The translations under genes and the position numbers were made by a program. The notes beneath the pieces were generated by a model, which had not been told where the DNA came from, did not search any database, and saw only the letters and a list, made by a program, of their open reading frames with translations. From an uncultured Enterovirga sp. (GTDB lineage: Bacteria; Pseudomonadota; Alphaproteobacteria; Rhizobiales; Beijerinckiaceae), in NCBI GenBank assembly GCA_964250725.1, contig CAXUHE010000002.1, positions 7,532 through 63,613 on the forward strand: a DNA stretch of 56,082 bases. The letters are read 5' to 3'. Of this stretch, positions 37,701-46,700 are shown piece after piece (the first letter of the stretch is position 1; every line of letters begins with the position of its first letter).

Positions 37701-40700
37701 ACGACAACACGGCGACCGCGAAGGAACTCCTCGACGCCATCAAGGCGAAGGAGAAGGCGGCCAGCGACGCCCACACGAGCCCCCTGGCGGATGACGGCAT
37801 CATCCAGCTCACCAACGCGGTCGCGACGCGCGTCTTCAAGCGCGTCGTCGAAACGGACGGGACGGAGACCCTCTACGCCAAGATCCCGACCACCGTGGCG
37901 ATCGGAACCGTGTCGATCCGTGTCGCGCAGATCAATCACGTCTACGGCGACCTCGGAGACCAGGAGGAGGTGGCGGACGCATCCGTCTCGACCGGTAACG
38001 GGCCCGGCGGGGTGTTGCTCCTGAAGAGCCGCATGAGCGCGGCCGAGAAGATCGACGTCACCGGCGAGAGCACGTTCGTGGCAAGCTCTCCCGCGCCCTT
38101 CCGCCAGCCGGACGGAACGACGGTCTATTCAGACCAGGTCGCGGTCCTGACGATCGTCAACGACAACGTCCCGACCCTGACTGCCCGGATCCCGGTCGGT
38201 GAGCTTCGCGCCGACGGTTTCCCCAAGCCGGGATCGTCGACCTACCCGGACAAGGTCGCGGTCACGCCCGACAACGCTCGTGCCTACGTGACCCTTCGGA
38301 CCGCAGGTGCGGTCGCGCTGGTGGACACGATCGCGCTGCGCCAAGTCGACGTCGATCCCAAGAAGGCCGGCAGCAACGTCATCAAGCTGGCCCCGGGAGC
38401 AGCGCCCTCCGCGATCATCATCGACCCGTCGGGCAATTACGCGATCGTGGGAGACTACGCGCAGGGCACGCTCTACGTCATCGACATCAACCTCAATCAC
38501 ACGACGGGGACGAAGCCGACCTACAACACGGTCGTGCGCACCATCCAGCTCGAGGGCGGCCAGGGAATCCGCGACTTCGCCATCACGCCGGACGGCAAGC
38601 AACTCGTCGTGACCCGCAGCACGGGCGGTACGAGCCACAGCGCGAGCGGCTCGATCGAGATCTACGATCTGGTCGACTTCAGCAGGCCCCCGAAAGACGG
38701 CACGGCTCTTCATAAGGCCCTCGGCCTAGCGTCCGTCAACGGTCTGACCCTGAGGGAGCCCTACGGCGTGCAGGCTGTCGTCGGACCCGATGGCAAGTCC
38801 TACATCGTGTTCACGGACCGCAAGAGCGATGCGGTCGGCGTCGCGATGCTGGTCAAGTCCGGCAAGACGTGGGGGGTGTACCAGAACGTCCCCTACAAGC
38901 TGCCTGAGAACAGCATCAACGACATCAACGATGCCTTCGAGGTCAACGACGCAGCTGACATCGTCATCCCGAGCGACGGCAATTACGCCTACGTGCTGTC
39001 CTACAACCGCTACGAGTACGGCATCACGGATCGCGATCCGAACATGACGCCGCTCGACCCGGCCGGCGGCAATCTCGCGGTGATCCGCAACCTGTTCAAG
39101 CCGGTTGCAAACACCGATGGTGCACGCGTCGTGGCGGCGACGCGCATGATCCCGGAAAGCTGGGGCCAGGGATTCGAGCTGACGCCGGGCGACCAGACCA
39201 TCCTGGTCTCGTCGACCGGCAACAAGTTCGTGCTGGCCTACGACGTCAACGCGCTCAAGCTGGAGCTCAACCAGGATCTCAAGAACGACGGCACGCGCTC
39301 GCTTCTCGGCCGCATCCCGATCGACGACTTCCTGAACGGCCTGCAGCTGCAGACGTCGATGAACGCCAACCGCGTCGGCATCAACGCGGCGATCGACGTC
39401 CGGGCGGATTACGCCGGCTACATCAACCGAAATGTTCTGGAGTTCTCGCCGACGAATGAGAGCTCCCCGAACCGGCCGATCGCCCTCGGCGGACAGCCAC
39501 ACGGCATGGACACGCAGAACGTGTTCCTCCAGCTCGAGGCGCCCGGCACCGTGACGGACGACAAGACCCCGACCTTCACGTGGAAGTTCGGCGTCGAGGC
39601 CCAGGATGCCAAGCTGTTCATCAGCACCTTCCCGCCCGGCAGCGGTCTGTTCCCGACCGACCTGACAGATGGCGATCCGACGAGAGGCTATCGGGTCACC
39701 GACAAGAACCTGTCCGACGCCGAACTCGCCGAGCTGGACACGATCCTCTACGCCGACGCGAACCGGAACCGCATTCTCGCCAAGCAGATCCTGAAGCCCA
39801 CGGACGGAAGCCTGGAGGAGAGCTTCGAGCTCCCGCCGAATCTCGTGCTCACCCGCGGCCAGACCTACTGGTGGGGCGTGGAGGTGACGAAGAATGGGCG
39901 CACCTACCGCGAGTCACGATCCTTCACGGTTGCTCCCGCGACGGCGACGACGGGCTTCTCGGGCGTGACGGTCATCACGACGAGTGAACAATCTGTCCTG
40001 ACGTCCAACAACCCGAGATACCAGTCGGAGAACCGGCCTGACGTACTGATCGCGGAGGAGATCGCACAGAAGAGCGGCGGCGCAGCCTTCATCCTCGACC
40101 CGAACGCGACGCGTGTCGACGACATGTGGAAGCCGCTGCTCGACGATCAGCCGCAGACGGTCGCCTCAGCGCTCGCGGCGCACAGATCGCTCGTCCTGGT
40201 GACGAACTGGAAATACGACGCCACCATCACCGATTCCGGCTTCGACGAGGCGGCGGGCGACGCATTCTTCGCCGCCATGGTCGAGCTCGACCAGAAGCTC
40301 GGCGGCACGCGGTCGAGCGCCGGTGCGATCCTGTCCTCGCCGCTCCAGTTCATCGGGATCGGGCGGGGCGCGTCGGTCAACAGCGAGCTGAACGAGCGCC
40401 TTCAGAACTACCTGCCGAACCCCGAGCGCGACGTCCAGTTCACCACGCTCGATCCGCACGATTTCGCCCAGGAGACGCTCAACATTCCGCTGAGCAGCAT
40501 CCTTGAGGCCGGATCTCTCGCCATCGGCCTCATCCCGCCGCTCGCGCCTATCGCGGTCATCGCGGCCGCGATCACGGGTACGGTCGGACAGACCGTGCTG
40601 TCGCTGACGCTCTACGACAAGATCCAGTACGGCGACTTCGGCGACCCTCGCGTCCAGCTCTGGAAGGGCACGACCTTCGCGGACAACTACTACCAGGAGA

Positions 40701-43700
40701 CCGCGCAGGAGAAGGACAGCGTCCCAAAAAGCCTGGTTCCCGTCGTCGGATCACTGCTGAACTTCACCTTCACCCAGGACGGGCGATCCCTCAATGTCGG
40801 CACGCTCCAGGCCAGCGACGACCGGCATTACAAGTACAGCTCGGATGACGGCAAGGCGAACCTGGATCTCAGCCTGACCGGGCGCCCGGGCTTCATCGAG
40901 GACGATACGATTTTTCGTGCCGGCCTCACCGGCGGCATCAACACGCCGGGCGTGCGGTTGCAGCACTGGTATACCGGCACCGTGGACCTGACGGCCCGCG
41001 AGGTCCCGAGCCTCGACGCCTACAAGGCGTCCTACGATCCCCTCCAACTCGTGCCCGACCGGATCTGGCGGCTGATCTCGGACAAGGACTGGGATACGGC
41101 GCGCCCCGAATCCACTCTCTCGACCTTCGTGCGCCTCAGCCGCTACACGCCGCCCGGGATCGCGGCCAACGTGCCGTGGTACGTCGCCGGGGAGGTCTCG
41201 AATACCAATCCGACGGGCGGCAAGGAGGCGGTCAGTACCTTCAATCCACGCACGTTCGGGACGACCACGGAGGGGATCGGCGAGGGCTGGGCCTACACGA
41301 TCCTGGGGACGGACGGTGCCGCGCGGGCTAACCTTCCCCCGCTGGACCCGAGCGGCAGCAACCGCGTCGACATCCCGTCGGGCGACGTCCCGCTCCTGTT
41401 CAACGGCGACTTCCAGTCGACCACGCGGCCGGTGCTCGGACGCTTCGGCGGATCGATACCCCATCCGACTTTCGAGGTCGCCGGATGGTCGCTCCAGGGT
41501 GGAAGCGGCGGCTTTTCACAAGGCCTGCCGTTCTTCGGTTATGCGGGCTTCGACGTGACCGGAGAACGCATCTCGAACTGGTTGAACGAGGTCGGACTGC
41601 GAGGCTTCCTTGGTGGCAGCTTCAACGAGGTCGTCGATTTCCTCAAAGGCTTTCTCGGCAACGTCAAGGATGGCATCAAGAACGGCTTCGACCACAGCAA
41701 GGCCAACGGAGACGTGTCGGCAGGCGTCCTGCCGCTGGTGAAGGCGATCGGCAGCGCGTTCGTCAGCGCATTCAAGGTCGCCGAAGCCGACTTCCCGGCC
41801 GCGGCTCAGAAGTTCTACGATGCGATCGCTCAGGCAAAAGCCAACAAGCTGACGGTGTTCACGAAAGCGGTCGAAGGCGCGGCCCTGAAGAGCTTCGCCA
41901 AGTCCGCCGGCATCTCGATCCTGGCCGACTTCGCCGCGAGCTTCATCGCGACCATCCAGGAGAAGCTCGTCGACTGGAGTCAGGCCATCCCGGAAGGCGG
42001 AAGCCTCGTCCACAACCGGTCCTACCTGCCCAAGGACGTCGATCACATCAGCTTCGACATCCAGATGAACCAACCCTACGACGATGCGAAGCTTCAGGTC
42101 TTCTTCGATGGCGAGAACGGCTCGCCGCCGACGCAGCTCGGCAGCACGATCACGCTCAACGCCAATGTGACGAAGTACACGCGCTACTCCGTGGATATTC
42201 CCGAGGCCTTGCGCGGCACGGCCGGCAAGCTGTCGTTCAAGTTCCTGGGGAGCGACAAGGGACGCGCGGCCGACGAGGCTAGGGCCAACGCGAACTCGGA
42301 CGACGGAAGCGTGACCCTGGCCCGCTACGCCTATATCGACAATATCGGTGTGGACGTCATCAAGATCACGGACTCGAGCTACAAGGACAATGATCAGGTC
42401 GTCTTCCTGACGAGCGGCCTCCACCCCGGTCTGTTCGGCGTCGAAGGGGATGTCGGGTCGGGAACGTCAGCGCTGACGAACGGCGAGGTGAAGGACGGGT
42501 ACAACCAGGCGACGATCACGATCACCAACACGACGGGATCGGCCACGAAGATCGCGCTCTCCGTGGATGCCAACAGCTTCCTCGTCGTCGAGGTGAAGGG
42601 ACAGGTCTACGCGCTGAACGACGGCAAGACGACCAGCATCGCCAAGGAGTTCGATCTCGCGGCGGGCGAGGCTCTCAGCGTGACCGTGCGATCGTCGATC
42701 CCGAAGAGCTTCTTCGACTCGCTGACGACCGGCAGCGACATGCTGCTCTCGACGAACCTCAACGTCACGGAGATCGGCAAGAGCGCCACCCACAAGCAGA
42801 GTGTACAGGTCGTCTTCCTGGCCGATATCGCGGACGACAGCACGCTCGACGGCACCTTGCGGATCGCCGACACACAGGAAGGCACCACCCGCACGCTGCA
42901 GATCATCAACAATGCCGGGCTCGACATCACGGCGGACGGAACGAACGGCTACTCGCATCGCACGAGCAAGGTCGGCAACGATAGCGTCCTCGACATCGAC
43001 TTCAAGGCGCCGCTGATCAGCGACACGACCCTGCTCACGCTGAAGGCGAACACCAAGACGGTCGCGCAGAACATCTTCGGGACGAGGTTCGACGTCCAGC
43101 TGAACGGCAACAAGATCGGAAGCATCGATGTTGCGTCCCGATCCATCCGGACGCAGGGCATCAACACTGCGCTCGACAAGTTGCAGGGTTCGGTCGGCAC
43201 GCTCCTTGGGCAGATCGCGGGCGCGGGCGGCCAACGCGTCGATGGCACCTATCAATTGCAGCAGCTGTTCGCCGGGACCACGCCCAGCACGGCCGAATGG
43301 CGCGATGTGCTCAGCGGGATCCGACAGACGCTGACGAGCATCTATCCGGGCGCGTTGCCGGGCAATGGCACGACGACTCTGTCTCTCAAGCTCGGCGACG
43401 TCGTCGGGTCGACGGTCACCTACGACACGGCGACCAAGAGCTCCGCCGCGGCGGGAACCGCGGTGCTCGATTTCGACCCTCTCAACTTCGCGAAGCTGCT
43501 GCTGACGGGCGCGGATGCGGGTGTCGGCGCCGGCGCTCAGCTCAGGACCGACCTGACGCCTGCCCAGAAGCTGTTCCGCCTCGATCAGGTGATGAACGGC
43601 ACGGCCGATCCCCAATACTCCGAGATCACGATCTACCTGCAGCGCCTGATCCAGGACCTCGCGGTCGCCTCACCCCATTTCACGCGGACCGAGCTCGGGA

Positions 43701-46700
43701 GCGCGATCGGGTGGGTCATCGCGCACGAATACGCGCACAATCTCGGACTGCTCGACGAGAGCCAGGACGGCATGCTCTACGGCTTGTCGCATTCCTTCCT
43801 GAGCGACGAGCTCAACACCGCCACCTACGCGCTCCAATTGCAGTTGATCGGGCTCGCCTTGAACGACCCGAAGGCTGCCGAGCCCACAACCGCCGAAGGC
43901 GTGAACGCGCTGCTCGACCTCGTGCTGCGACTGGTCAAGGCCGACGCCGTCAATTCCAATCAACTGCTCCGGGACGCACCCGAGGGTGGCGTCTCGACGC
44001 TGCCGGAAGAGGCGGACGGAGTGATCGGGACGACGGAGGACGCACCAGCGGACAGCTCGACCGCCCGCTTCATGGCACGCGCAGCCCTCGTCCCGTCGGC
44101 TCCCGCCCTCGGCAACGGCGATTTCTCGATCGCCGACCCTGCGTCCATCGATTTCGGCTGGCAATTCGTCGGGAACGCGGGGATCGTCGGTGGCGAGCTT
44201 GCCCTGGGTGAGGGCGCGCAAACGGTCAACCGCGCCGTGCAGACCTTCGCGGTGCCGACGACCGCGGGAGCCCTCCGGTTTACCGTCAGGGGTCTTCACC
44301 TCGGCAGCGACGGCACAGCGCCGCCCGACGCATTCGAAGTGGCGCTGATCGGCTCCGATGGCGCTTCGCTCGCCGGGGCGATCGGCCTCGGCAACACGGA
44401 CGCGGCGCTGAATATCCAGTCCGGCGGCTCGGTCACCCGGGCCGCCAACGTCTCGGTCGTCGTCGCGGGGACCGGCTTCACGACCTACGAGATCGCGCTG
44501 CCGACCGGCGTTCTCGGCCGGAGCGCGAGCCTCTATTTCGACCTTCTCGGCTTCGGACGAGCCGACAGCTCCGTCGACATCGACGACGTGGCCTTCGTGG
44601 CCGCGGGGTCGGTCGATCACGCCCCGGTCTCGACGGCCGATACGGCGACGACCCGGTCCGGCGAGGCGGTCGTCATCCGGGTCCTCGACAATGACGTCGA
44701 TCCCGACGCGGACGCGTTGCTGCCCGTCGTGACGGCCGCTCCCGCGCATGGCGATGCGAGCGTCAATGCTGACGGTTCGATCACCTACTTGCCCCGCAGC
44801 GGATTCGTCGGGACGGACGCGTTCAGCTATAGAGCGAGCGATGGCCGACTGCTCGGCGAGCCCGTGAGCGTGACGGTCGTCGTCGGCGAGCCTGCGCAGT
44901 CCTCCCAGGCGGCGCCCACCGTCGTCTCGTTCATTCCGACAGCGTCCGGCTTTGTGGTGCGCTTCAGCGCCCCGGTCGACCCCGAGACGGTGAACGTGGT
45001 GAACGATCGCAGCGGCGCGCTTGGTCCGTCCGACGTCGCCTTGGTCGGCGAACACGCGGGAGTCATCGCGGGATCGATCGTGCTCGATCGCGACGGTCTC
45101 GGCTTCAGCTTCGTGCGGACCGACGGGATGCTCGCGGACGACACCTACGATGTCAGGCTGGCTTCGGGGCCGGCAGCGTTCCATGGTTTGACCGGCATCG
45201 CGCTCGACGGTGACGGCGACGGTGCGGCAGGGGGCGACTTCCTCCGCAGCTTCTCCTTCCAGGCGGCCGGCCCGGCAGTGTCGGTCGGCGACCTTGTCGC
45301 GCCTCCCGGCGGCGCAATCACCGATCGGCAGGGCCGGACCTCGCTGCCTGTCAGCTTGACCAGCGTCGGCGGTGTTCGGACGGTCGTGTTCACGCTGGCC
45401 TACGACCCGGCCCTGCTGACGGTGACAGGCGTCGCGGCTGGGACGAGCCTCGGGGCGGGCTCCGAAGTGGAGTTCGCCACGACGATCGCGAACGGGCAAG
45501 CCACGACGCGCGTCGCGGTCACCTCCGCCACGGCGCTTCCGGCCGGTATGCTCGACCTCGTCAGACTCACGTCACGCGTCCCCGAGACGGCGGCTTACGG
45601 CGCGAGCCAAGTCGTGACACTCGCCGTCGTGTCCATCAACGGACTCGCTGTCGATGGCCCGGTCGGTCGGGCGATCGAAGTCGTTGCACAACGCGGCGAC
45701 GCTAACGGCGACGGTTTCGTCACGGAGGTCGATCGCGCGCTGACGACCAGCATCGCCGGATCTTCGGGCATCGGTTATCAGGCATGGCGTCTGCTCGACC
45801 CGGCGGTCCTGAGCGCGCCCAACCCCGGATCTGCGGGTGAAACACCGGTCGGCGACGGCCCGGGCGCGGGGTCGATCGGCGGATCCGGAAGTCCAGGCTC
45901 GCCCTCTTCGCCTGGCGATCCGGGATCGACACGTACGCAATCGGGATCCGACACGGGCGCTCCGACTTCCGGGACGCAGGCCAGCGGGACCGGCTCGGAC
46001 GGGGAGTCCGAGGGCACAGGGTCCGGGGGCACCACGTCATCGTCGTCGACCGCAACAGTCGCCGTGAGCGCGGACGACAATTCTCCACGCGTCGCTGATG
46101 CCGGGTTGACCGAGCCGCCGTCCGACCTGGGCTCGCGCAACGGGGATCTGACCGTCGACGCGAGCGGGCAACCGATCACCGGGCCGGCGAGGGCGGCCGC
46201 GACGGTGGCCTTCGGCCTTCAGATCGGGGCTCCGCTGCAGGCCTCGACGGCAGATACGGGCATCGGTACCACGCCGTTCACTCTCCCACAGTTCAGCCCC
46301 GCGACGATCGTCTCGGGCGCAGACATCGTCGTCACGACATCGAGTGTGGCCAATTATTCGCCGCTGCGTGGTGTCGTCATATCGGGCAGCGGCCATCGTG
46401 TGCGCACCGGAGCCGTCAATCCCGAGGCCGCGACCCCGACCGGGCGGGATGACGACCCTTCGGCGGCTCCTCCGGATGCGGCGCCGGATGCGATGCAGCC
46501 GCCTGCCGATCTGCCGCCCAAGACGGACGATCCGGCGATCCAGATCGACCTGAAGACTCCTGCGCAGCCCGATCGGAGACCAACCGGGCCGACTGTCGCA
46601 GGTCCCCCGAACGCACCCCTGGCTCCATCAGCGCCCAGCACGCCCGAGCGACGGACCGATCTGATGCGGAACCCGACGGTCGATCCGCCGAAGACTGATC

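Noticed and set aside
44912-45260. DGDGDG motif as evidence of an RTX toxin
   Set aside because: It is a single Ca-loop-like motif, not tandem GGxGxDxL nonapeptides.
14849-45499. Many long antisense or alternate-frame ORFs over the giant gene (e.g. 26672-30334 minus, 1220 aa; 32228-34777 minus; 28636-31146 plus)
   Set aside because: These are shadow ORFs expected from high-GC codon bias. They are Arg/Gly-rich, lack motifs and fully overlap a well-supported CDS.
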